DNA from: Leucoraja ocellata
Lineage: Eukaryota
NCBI GenBank assembly: GCA_036785375.1
Contig: JAWMAR010000253.1
Location: forward strand, 2,232,001 to 2,296,000
DNA length: 64,000 nucleotides
Direction of reading: 5' to 3'
Notes under the pieces: generated by a model
The model's database searches: none
The model's input: only the letters and a program-made list of their open reading frames with translations
What the model was told of the DNA's origin: nothing
Shown here: positions 24,902 to 37,356 of the stretch, piece by piece
How positions within the stretch are numbered: the stretch's first letter is position 1
Layout: every line of letters starts with the position of its first letter
Translations under genes and position numbers: made by a program

Positions 24902-27900
24902 CTGTATTGCAGAGAGAAAGAGCAGGAGAAGAAACATGAAAGAGTTACTCTGAGCGTGGAAAAGAATGGTTTCACAGACTATGCGCTGAGTCTTTGTACA
25001 ATTTCAACCAAGTTACCATGGGACAATAGGCAGAAAATGCTGGAGAAACTCAGCGGGACAGGCAGCATCTCTGGACAAAAAGAACCAGTCTACAGAAGGA
25101 TCTCAACCAGGAACATCACCCATTCCTTCTCTCCAGAGATGCTGCCTGTTCTGCTGAGTTACTCCAGCATTTTGTGTCTATCCCAGGCAAGTGATTCCTG
25201 GTGCCTCTGCTTCACTCACAGATTAGAATTTCACTGTTGCGTTACAACTCTGTCCTGGTTCTTCAGAATGCACAGTTCTTCATCATTTTAACCAATCTTT
25301 AATCTCCAATGAAAGAGTCCTAGCATTTCAAATAGAATCATGCTACATGGAAACAGGCCCTTTGACCCGACTCATCCATGCTGACCAAGATGCCTTCACA
25401 ATGCTCGCATAGGCTCTCTAAAGGTGCTAAAGCCAAAATATGAGCCACCTTGTTGTGATGGGGTATTACCTGGGATTAGACTGCATTGTTTAAGAAGAAG
25501 AATAGTCGAGTACCTGTCTTCATCGTGGTTTGGTTTTTTCTTCCAACACATGTAGCCAACGCTAGCTAAGATGATAGCTCCCACCACAATTGCCGCAGTA
25601 ATCAAGCCAATATGGAGTGCTTGCTGTTGCTTGACACCTGAAAAAGGATCAACATTCAACTGTGATTGCATTAGTGCATTAATGCACAGAAATATAAAAT
25701 GTACTTTGTTTAAAATTGAGAAATGCAGCTGAATGCACTGGTGTGCCGTCTTTTCATATTTCATTTGTTATTTTTAGTGTGTTTTCAAAGTATGTGTTAA
25801 TGTTCTCTGGTTTGTTTTATGTGCGGATGAGGGAGGGGGTCGGGGAAACATTTTTTCAGTCTCTTACCTTGCCGGAGATGCGATTGTTTTCCAGATCGTA
25901 TCTCCAGTCGCTCTGCGGCCCAACATCATGGAGCTGGAGGCCTTGCTCGAGTGACTTTGACTTTGAGCCCCAACGTGGGGACGTGGACTTACCATCGGAG
26001 CCTGAGATCCCTTGTGTGGAGGAGCATCGAGGAGCTCGCAGTCTCGGATAGAGTCTGATGTCGGGAAGCTCCAAAGTCGCAGGAGGTTCGACCAGCCCCG
26101 ACCCGGGGTCCGATCGCCCGGCGCGGGGAAGCTGAGATCCCCCCGATGTGGGAGCTTGATCGCCCCGACGCGGAGGGCCGGCTGCCAGCTACGGGAGCCA
26201 AGATCGTCCCGACAACGGAAGGCTCGAGGCCCCCGATCGCAGGAGACCAAAGAATGGAAGAGATTGAACTTTTTTTTCGCCTTCAATCACAGTGAGGTAT
26301 GTGGAGGAGTCACTGTGGTGGATGTTTATGTTCAGATGGATTTTGTGTATTTTGTTGCTTTTTATTAGTATGACTGTACGGCAAATCAAATTCCTCATAT
26401 GTTGCAAAACATACTTGGCTAATAAAGTATGATTATTATGATTATGAAATTTGATGACAGAAACTGTTCTTAAGGAGACCTGCAAGATCAAGATTGCAGC
26501 CTGAAGTGTCCCCACACTAAAAGTCATCTATCTATGTTCTACAGGGATGCTGCCTGACCCACTGGGTTTAGTTTAGTTTAGACATACAGCGGGGAAACAG
26601 GCCCTTCAACCCAATGAGTCCGCACTGACCAGCGACCCCCCGCACACTAACGCTATCCCATACACACTAGGGACAATTTACAATTATACCAAGCCAATTA
26701 CCTACAAACAAACCAATGCATCTTTGGAATGTGGGAGGAAACCGGAGATTCTGGAGAAAACGCACTCAGGTCACAGGGAGAACATACAAACTGTGTACAG
26801 ATAAGCACCCGTAGTCAGGATCGAACCTGGGCCTCTGGCGCTGTGAGGCAGCAACTCTGCTGCTAGGCCACCGTGTCATTCCAGCACTTTGTGTCTTTCT
26901 TTGTAAACCAGAATCTGCTGCTCTTTGCTTCTACATTTTGTCTGTCAGATTATATCTGGTTTAAACAGTGCAGAGAGTGTTACTGGCAGCAGATCGCTCA
27001 AGAACTGGGGGTGACACATTTATAATTTAGAGCAAAGGATGAAAGTGGAGAGGGGCAAAGATGCGATATAAGGAGAATGATTGTGATCGGGAATTCTCTA
27101 TCCAGGGCTGGGAGTATCAGAAACCATTAGAGTGTTAACGATGGATAGATTGGATGTGGAGAGGATGCTTCCACGAGTGTGAGAGTCTAGGACCAGAGGA
27201 AACAGCCTCAAAATAAAAGGACGTACCTCGAGGAGGAATTTCTATAGCCAGAGGGTGGTGAATCTGTGGAATTTGTTGCCACAGACGGCAGTGGAGACCA
27301 AGTAATTGGCCATTTTTAAGGCGGAGATGGACAGATTCTTGATTAGTGAGGATGTCAATGGTTATGGAAAGAAGGGAGGAGAATGGGGTTAACAGGGAAA
27401 GATAGATCAGCCATGTTTGAATAGCAAAGTAGACCCGATGCGCCACATTGGTTAATTCTGCTCCTCTGGCTCATGAACTTATGGGATGGAAATCAAAAGG
27501 CCTGCAGTGGGGAAAAGAAATTATCAATCCCTGGGACAAAAGTGGGGTGATTTGAATTGCCGTGATTGTTGAATGAGAATGAGAGCTCAAAATGGCCCAT
27601 TGTCGAACAAATCGTCTGTCACCTGAACCTGGGGAATCCGCTGTGGTGGATGTTTGTTAACTTATGTAGGTGTGTGTCATGTTGCTATTTTTTAGTGTGG
27701 GTGTATGGTAATACATATTTCACTGTACCTTAACTGGTATGACCATGAAACCTTGAAATCTTGAAACACCAGGTCTTAGAATATCAAATCCATGCCCTGT
27801 TCTTCATAGGAACTTAGAAACAGGCCCTTTGGCCCATTGAGTCCATGCCATCCATAGATCATATATACTGTCCTTTTCCACAGCGATGCTGCCTGAGTTA

Positions 27901-30900
27901 TTCCAACATTTTTCGTCTATCACCCATATACTAGTTCTATGTCTACACACCAGGGATAATTTACAGAAGCCAATTAACTTGCAAATCTACACATTTTTGG
28001 GATACTCTGAAAGAAAAAATATATTGCTGAAGGACTGGTAACATGCAACTTATCCCAAATTGAATAATTCCATATCAAGGATTCAGAAAATCCATCCCAT
28101 CACTGCTTTTATTTGTGATTATATTTACTAATTTACCCTCCTGTTTACTGAATCCAGAAGCTTTAATTTAATTTAGACTACATTGGACATTAGACAGCAT
28201 GGAAACAGGCCTTTCTGCGCCAAACAGCAAATCTGCGCCAAACAGCGATCACCGCATACACTAGCACGATCCTACACACTAGGGACAATTTACAATTAAC
28301 TTAAAGCCATTTAAATTATAAACTTGGGAGTGTGGGAGGAAACCAGATCACCCAAAGAAAACCCATGCGGTCACAGTGAGAACGTGCAAACTCCATACAG
28401 ACAGCACTGTAGTCGGGATTGAATCCGGCTCTCTGGCGCTATAAGGCAGCAACTCTTCTGCTGCGCCACTGTGCTGCCCTCTTTGTCCTCTTAATTAATT
28501 TCTCGTGGCTAATTGGTCGAGTTCAAGGCAAGCGGAATAAACATTCTGCATTTGAAGGTGGAAAAGTCAGTTGGCGAATTACAGAGATATTATTTCAACC
28601 CCAGCTCTGAACCCGGGAAATGATAAAGTCACTAATTTGAAAGCATAAAGTCAGTAAAAAGCAGTTCTTGATAAGGGAAACTGTCCTGCAAGCTAGTGTG
28701 ACAGATTCTCATTACCAGATCTCTGAGTCTGATTGTGATATAGCCAATCCAGTGTCACCAACAATTCACCATTCTCAGAAGCAAGACTAGGGATCGCTGG
28801 TCGATACGGACATAGTGGGCCAAAGGGCCTTTTCCGTGCTGTATCTCTAAACTAAATTAAATTAAAAAGCTATTAGTTCCAAATGTTAATCATTTGTTCT
28901 CTCCCATCACTTGTGCCTTCTGCCCAGTATCTATCCTCTAGCCCTGGAAACGTCTGCCAATGAAATAATCATGATGAATGCTGCCGACATTTTGCACAGT
29001 GGCATCAAATATTCAGTGCTCTTCCCAACACTTTTTGAGCTTCATATACATTAGTGTAGTTTAGTTTAGAAATACAGCACGGAAACAAGCCCTTCGGCGC
29101 ACTGAGTCTGAGCCAACCAATAATCTCCGTACACAAGCACTATCCTACACTCCAGGGACAATTTACAATTTTTACCAACGCCAAATTAAGATACGAACAG
29201 GCTTTGCAGGTTACCAGAGCACCCAGGAAAAACACATACGTCACGGGATGAACGTACAAACTCCGTACAGACAATACCCGTAGTCAGGACCGAACCTGAG
29301 CCACTAGCGCTGTAAGGAAACAACTCTTCTGCTGTGGCACCAAACCACCCTGGTTGCACCAGGTTGTGAGAACCAGTTTAATTAAACATTCATCAATGGT
29401 ACAATCAAGAGACAATGGTGGTAGAGAGAGATTTCCTCAAATATAAATAGTAATTCTAGTGACATCAGTGTGTTGAACTTGAATGATTCCCATCCCTTAC
29501 AGCCAAACACTGACTAATACACAGATAGGATCAGTTGGAATGAAATAGCAAAGGAAACATTGTAGGTTTACACTCAAAACTTCACATTCCTGTAAACCAT
29601 TGATCCATTTATGACCTGACCTGATCTATCGGGAGTTTGACTTGGAAAGAAAGGAAATGAAAAGTCTTGACTGTTACTGAATAGTTTGCTTAGAATGAAA
29701 AGATAAAGCCACAAACCTTCATGGGCAGTACAGAGCTGTGTTAGATCCACGCTCCGTGTCTCCTCACTAACAGGGTTCCTCACGGTGCAGTTGTACACAC
29801 TGTTGTTGTTGGGTAGAGGTATGGAGAGTGCCAGCCTTCTCCCTTCGTCAGTCAGTATGTGCGACCCATCTGCCGTGACCTTGCCATCTCCTGACCACCA
29901 AGTGTAGACTGGCTCGGTGCCGTGCTCCAGTGAACACACCAAGCTAACGTTACACACCCCTTCGGTGAAGGCTTCACTGATACTTATTACTGGTGATGAC
30001 ACTCGTTCTGTTTCAAAGAAAAGCACAAATACAAGCCATGGAATAATAATAACCAGAAGCTGCTAGCCATGAGTTTCCCACAAGAACATTAAGTGTAGAA
30101 GATTATTTAGCTTAGTTTAGAGATACAGTGTAGAAACAAGCCCTTCGGCCCACTGAGTCCTCACCGACCAGCGATCCCCGCACACGAGCCCTATCCCACA
30201 CACACCACGGACAATTTACAAACTATATACAGACAAGTACCTGTAGTTTTAGTGCAAACTCCATCCCGTGAGTTTACAAAAATGAATCGTCCAGGTTACA
30301 CTTTGCCACCAAAACTAGATCACAAGTAAACTCATTATTAGCAGAGAAAGTTTAATGACTGTGGCCCCCATCATCTTACACAAACGTCAGATGGCTTGGA
30401 GAGACCTCCCTTCAAGAACCCATCCTAATGCTCCACAATTTATATTCAAACAGCAAATACTGAGGATGGTTTCCTAAATAAGCAAGGACTCCAACCCATG
30501 TAATGTTTCAGTATTCACCCTGCCCGTATAACCCACAGACTTGGGCTCACGTCGTAAGCATCTCCCCATACATCTTTATGTTCTTAAAGGTTGTTAGATT
30601 GGAAAATGTACCGTTTATAAAATTGAAATAGATTACCATAAATCTTCAGTTCTGTCACTTGTTCATGGACAGTCAGATTCATCCTTAAGTTCATTTCATA
30701 CAGACCTTGATCATGTTCTGTTAGGTTCTGTATTTCCAGACTACAGTCATTCAGGTTTAACCTGATTCTCTGTTTGTTATATTGTATTGGACTGTTTTGA
30801 GATTTTGTACATAATTGAATCTTTCCTGTTGTTGGTGAACTGCAGTAATCCCAAGTGATGATTGAACCGTTTTCTCTCGAGATACACCCTGGTAACGTGA

Positions 30901-33900
30901 CTGACTGTCCCAGTGTCCCATTCACCAAGCGACGAGTGCCTGGTTTCCCAGCAGTCTGTCCCAGACCTGAAACACAAGGACAAGATATTAGTGCCATCAG
31001 CTCTGGGATGTTGGTGTTCATAGTTTCCCAGCCCAGCAGTGAGTTGTCCCAACCCTAATGGACAAGGGCAGCAGGCACATGAGTATTCCACCACCCATAC
31101 AGATGAGGCTCTGAATGAATAATCTTAGAAACATAGAAAGTAGGTGCAGGAGGCCATTCAGCCCTTCGAGCCAGCATCGCCATTGAATATCATGGCTGAT
31201 CATCCAGAATCAGTACCCTGTTCCTGCTTTTTCTTCACATTCCTTGATTCTATATCTCTCTTGAATTCAGCCATTGAATTGGAATCCACTGCCTTCTGTG
31301 GCAGAGAATTCCTCAGACTCACAACTCTGTGGGTGAAAAGGTTTTTCCTCATCACAGTCCTAAATGGCCTATCCATTATTCTAAAACTGTGACCCCTGGT
31401 TCTGGACTCCCCCAACATCTGGAACATTTTTCGTGCATCTAGCCTGTCCAATCCTTTAAGAATTTTATATGTATCTTGCATTCATCTACTATCTTTAGGA
31501 TTGTAGCCATCTTCAGGATATAGAATAATGTGATAACCTGTATTGATAATTTTGTAGTCACAAAGATAATATTTACATTGACTTAAGATATGAATAAAGT
31601 CAAGTCATATAACGCAAATTCAGTTTTCAGAATCAATGTTAAGAAGGGTGCCTACCTGAAACATCATCTATCCATGATCCCCAGGGACGCTGCCTGACCC
31701 GATGAGTTACTCCAGTATTTTGTGTCAGTTTTCTTGAATGTCAAAGATCCCTAATACAGCAAAGCTGCTGCTTTAATTATTGTACAGTGACTTGCAAAAG
31801 TATTCATACCCCTTGAACTTTTCCACGATTGTCACGTTACAACCACATACGTAAATGTATTTTATTGGGATTTTATGTGATAGACCAACACAAAGTGGCG
31901 CATAATTGTGAAGTGGAAGGAAAATGCTACATGGTTTTCAAATTTTTTTACAAATAAAAAACTGAAAAGTGTGGCGAGCAAAAGTATTCAGCCCCATTTA
32001 CTCTGTTACCCCTAAATAAAATCCAGTGCAACCAATTGCCTTCAGAAGTCACCTAATTAGTAAATTGAGTCCACTTGTGTGCAGTCTAATCTCAGTATAA
32101 ATACAGCTGTTCTGTGAAGGCCTCAGAGGTAATCTGTATAGGAGGTGTGCGGACGTCACCTGTATGTGCACTACAGGTGGAAACTGGGGAGATGCCGTTG
32201 AGACTGCGCCGCAGACAACTAATGGCTAATTACTGGCTAAGCCTTAAGGGTCATGGAGAGAACCACCCAACAAAACAGGTAGTACAGGAGTGCTGGGAGA
32301 GAGGGGTGGCTCAGTCTGGAAGCTTCGGCTGGGTTGGTGGAGGTGTGGCAAGGGACATGGAAGTAGAGGACAAAGAGTTCTGCCCTGCAGTATTGTGGCC
32401 ATCTGTCCCAATATGGTTACTGAACATCCCAAAAGTTGATCTGGAGATATGGGAGGCAAAAAGGAGGGAGGAAAATTCGGACCTAAAAACAGAATACCAT
32501 AACCATATATATAATAGATACAGGGAACACCTCTTAATCTTCACAGATGGATCAAAGGACCCAGTAGCTGAAACAACAGGAGCAGCTGTGGTAGTGCAAG
32601 GGTTGAATGTTGAGATTTGCAAAAGAACAAATAACTATTTGGCAGTATATACAGTGGAACTGTACGCTATTTTGATGGCAGTTCGGTGGATCGAACAGGT
32701 GCAACCATGCAAAATATTAATTTGTAGCGACTCATTGTCTGCAATCCAGAGTATTGGGTCTGGTGCGTCCCATAGGCGGCCTGACCTAGTGTATGAAATT
32801 CTACTACTATTAAGCCAAGTAACAAGGAAGGGCAGTGACGTGACTTTGTTGTGGGTCCCAGCACACATTGGTGTGCTAGGAAATGAAAAAGTGGATAAAT
32901 TAGCAAAAGAGGCCGTTAAAAAAGAGAACATAGAGGTAAACCTACAATTATCCAAATCTGAAGGAAGACACATTGTGTGGAAGAAAATAAATCAGGAATG
33001 GCAACAATACTGGGAACAGGAGACAAAGGGGAGACACCTCTATTCGCTACAAAACAGAGTGGGCATTACAGCAAGAAGAGGGGGGAACAGGAGAGAACAG
33101 GTAGTATTAGCAAGATTGAGGATAGGACACACCCACCTGAACAGCACATTAAAAATGTTGGGAAAACACCCTACTGGGATGTGTGAGGAATGCCATCAGC
33201 CGGAAACAGTTCAGCATGCTCTAGTTGCATGTAGAAGATATGCAACAGAAAGAAGAGTTTTGATCAATGAAATGAAGAAAATTGGAATGACAGATATATC
33301 AGAAAATAACATTCTAAAGTATGGAGGGGAAGGAAAAGGAGTAAATTTGTTGTTTAATTTCTTGAGGGCCTCTGGCCTTATAAAAAGGATATAAAGACAT
33401 GAGGACTGTGGAGTGAAGCCAGAAGGTGGCAGCAATGCAACATTGTGGATGCCGGCTGCCGTAAAACTCCAAAGAAGAAGAAGAAGAAGAAGAAGAAGGC
33501 CTCAGAGGTTTGTTAGAGAACATAAGTGAACAAACAGCACCATGAAGCCCAAGGAACACACCAGACGAGTCAGGGATAAAGTTGTGGAGAAGTTTAAAGC
33601 AGGGTTAGGTTATAAAAAAATATCCCAAGCTTTGAACATCTCACGGAGCACTGTTCAATCCATCATCCGAAAATGGAAAGAGTATGGCACAACTGCAAAC
33701 CTACCAAGACATGGCCATCAACCTAAACTGACAGGCCGGGCAAGGAGAGCATTGATCAGAGAAGCAGCCAAGAGGACCATGGTAACTTTGGAGGAGCTGC
33801 AGAGATCCACAGCTCAGGTGGGAGAATCGGTCCACAGGACAACTATTAGTCGTGCACTCCACAAATAGGGCCTTTATGGAATTGTGGCAAGAAGAAAGCC

Positions 33901-36900
33901 ATTGTTGAAAAAAAGCCACAAGAAGTCCCGTTTGCCACAAGCCATGTGGGGGACACGGCAAACATGTGGAGGAAGGTGCTCTGGTCAGATGAGACCAAAA
34001 TTGAAGTTTTTGGCCTAAATGCAAAACGCTATGTGTGGCGGAAAACTAATGCTACATATCACCCTGAACACACCATCCCCACTGTGAAACATGGTGGTGG
34101 CAGCATCATGCTGTGGGGATGCTTTTCTTCAGCAGGGACAGGGAAGTTGGTCAGAGTTGATGGGAAGATGGATGGAGCCAAATACAGGGCAATCTTGGAA
34201 GAAAACCTGTTAGAGTCTGCAAAAGACTTGGTACTGGGGCGGAGGTTCACCTTCCAGCAGGACAACGACCCTAAACATACAGCCAGAGCTACAATGGAAT
34301 GGTTTAGATCAAAGCATATTCATGTGTTAGAATGGCCCAGTCAAAGTCCAGACCTAAATCCAATTGAGAATCTCTGGCAAGACTTGAAAATTGCTGTTCA
34401 CAGACGCTCTCCATCCAATCTGACTGAGCTTGAGCTATTTTGCAAAGAAGAATGGGCAAATATTTCAGTCTCTAGATGTGCAAAGCTGGCAGAGACATAC
34501 CCCAAAAGACTTGCAGCTGTAATTGCAGCGAAAGATGGTTCTACGAAGTATTGACTCAGGGGGCTGAATACTTTTGCACGCCACACTTTTCAGTTTTTTA
34601 TTTGAAAAAAGATTTGAAAACCATGTATCATTTTCCTTCCACTTCACAATTATGCGCCACTTTGTGTTAGTCTATCACATAAAATCCCAATAAAATACAT
34701 TTACGTTTGTGGTTGTAACATGACAAAATGTGGAAAAGTTCAAGGGGTATTAAAACTTTTGCAAGCCACTGTATATACACAATAAATACCACCTCGTTTA
34801 AATTCCATTTGGAAAATTTATGAAGGCCCAGGAAACCAGAAGCAAGAGTTACTTCAGGGAGCCACTCCTGATCCAGGGTCAGGGAGTGATTCTACGTTGG
34901 TTTTCAGCGGCTGCGGCGATGCAGCGACCGGACAGCAATGGCGGCTAAATCCCCCACCAGGCAAAGCGAGGGAGAAAGTGCCCAGCGCAGACCAGTTGCC
35001 GTGGCAGCGCGCATGCGCAGGACATGCCGATGATGTGCGGGCCGTGGTTGTGCGCATGTGCGGGGGGAGGAAGTGCCTACAGGTGAGTCCTGGCCTGGAT
35101 ATCCAAGCCCTGGGCTCCAGCTTGTCCAGTTTACACGCCCCTTCCTAGGAGCATGAGAGCAAAGGCTCTAAGATCTTTGCATGAGAGTGAGTTGCAAAAG
35201 CACAGATGCCTCAAACACCTTTCTGGAGATGATCAGGTCGGATTTGGGAACAGTCTTCGGCATCGGGATTATTTGTCTGTTGAGCGACACAGGAGGTGAG
35301 TTCACATCCTGAACTGTTTGGTGTCTGTAGAGGTTGGGGTTAGGGGTTGGGGTTAAGGTTGGTGTTGGGGTTATCGCGGATCTTTACTGCTTCAAGATAT
35401 TTAAAGGTTCAGATATTTTACTTTGAGCTGCCGATCGCTTGCTTGGTTGAGCCACTCTCTCTCTCTCTCTTTCTCTTTTTTTCACCAAACGGTTTGGAAA
35501 TGAGAAAAGTTCTGCCATCTTAGGAATCAGTCTGGTGAACCTTCTCTGTACTCCCTCTATGGCAAGAATGTCTTATTCAGATTAAGAGACCAAAACTGTA
35601 CGCAATACTCCAGGTGTGGTCTCACCAAGACCCTGTACAACTACAGTAGAACCTCCCTGCTCTTATACTCTTCACTGCCTGCTGCACCTGCGTGCCTACT
35701 TTCAATGACTGGTGTACCATGACATCCAGGTCTCGTTGCATCTCCCCTTTTCGTAATCGGCCACCATTCAGATAATAGTCTACTTTCCTTTATATAAATA
35801 TACACCGTTTTGTTTTCTCGTTTATAACATTGTTTACAGTATACTAGATTGCACACAAGTGGACTCTATTTACTAATTAGGTGACTTCTGAAGGCAATTG
35901 GTTGCACTGGATTTTATTTAGGGGTATCAGAGTAAAGGGGGCTGAATACTTTTGCTCGCCACACGTTTCAGTTTTTCATTTGTAAAAAAATTTGAAAACC
36001 ATGTAGCATTTTCCTTCCACTTCACAATTATACGCCACTTTGTGTTGGTCTATCACATAAAATCCCAATAAAATACATTTACGTTTGTGGTTGTAACGTG
36101 ACAAAATGTGGAAATGTTCAAGGGGTATGAAAACTTTTGCAAGCCACTGTATATATGGTCTATGGTAAATAAACACACTGAACTTTTATCTCCTGTTCTG
36201 TATTATGTTTACATATTGTATTGTGCTGCAACAAGCAAGAATTTATCTGTCCTATCTGGGACTAATGGCAATAAAACTCTTGACTCTTGACTTGGACTTT
36301 AGCAAAAAAGGGTTCTTGGGGAAAAAAGAGGTACCTTAAATTTAGTTGCGTCTGGTTGGGTAACTATGGTAGGGTGAAGACTATTCCATGCTTTAATTGT
36401 GCGGGGGAACTCCATGGAGCAGCAAGCAACTCTGGTAGAAGGAATTGGGTGATGTTTCGTGTAGAGACCCTTCTTTAGACTCCCTCTGGTTTTAATGTTT
36501 TTAGTTTAATTTAAATATACAGCGTGGAAACAGGCCCTTCAGCCCACCGAGTCCACGCCGACCACTGATCACCCGTACACTAGTTCTTTCCCACACATTA
36601 GCGGAGTAAGTCAAGTCAAGAGTGTTTTATTCTCTCACACCCCAGTTAGAACAATGAAATCCTTACTTGAAACAACACAACAGAATATGCAAACATAGTA
36701 CTCTGTAAACAATGTTATAAACGAGAAAACAAAACGGTGTATATTTATATACAGGAAAGTAGACTATTATCTGAATGGTGGCCGATTAGGAAAAGGGGAG
36801 ATGCAACGAGTGTCATGGTACACCAGTCATTGAAAGTAGGCATGCAGGTGCAGCAGGCAGTGAACAAAGCGAATGCTATGTTAGCATTCATAGCAAAAGG

Positions 36901-37319
36901 ATTTGGGTATAAGAGCAGGGAGGTTCTACTGCAGTTGTACAGGGTCTTGGTGAGACCACACCTGGAGTATTGTGTACAGTTTTGGTCTCCTAATCTGAGG
37001 AAAGACATTCTTGCCATAGAGGGAGTACAGAGAAGGTTCACCAGACTGATTCCTGGGATGTCAGGACTTTCATATGAAGAAAGACTGGATAGACTCGGCT
37101 TGTACACGCTGGAATTCAGAAGATTGAGGGGGGAATCTTATAGAAACTTACAAAATTCTTAAGGGGTTGGACAGGCTAGATGCAGGAAGATTATTCCCGA
37201 TGTTGGGGAAGTCCAGAACAAGGGGGTCACAGTTTAAGGATAAGAGTTCGTCATTCGTAAGTCTTTTAGGATCGAGATGAGAAAATCATTGTGTGTGTGT
37301 GTGAGTGTGTGAGTGTGTG

Positions 37320-37356
<37 letters not shown>

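Noticed and set aside
25730-26440. GC-rich ORFs (25864-26286, 58210-58728, 16901-17553) as genes
   Set aside because: They lie in dispersed repeats with simple-repeat tails, and overlapping ORFs on both strands show no recognisable domains.
32114-33394. 426-aa ORF as a host RNase H gene
   Set aside because: TSD, GAA tail, CCHC finger and 5' truncation identify it as a LINE fragment.
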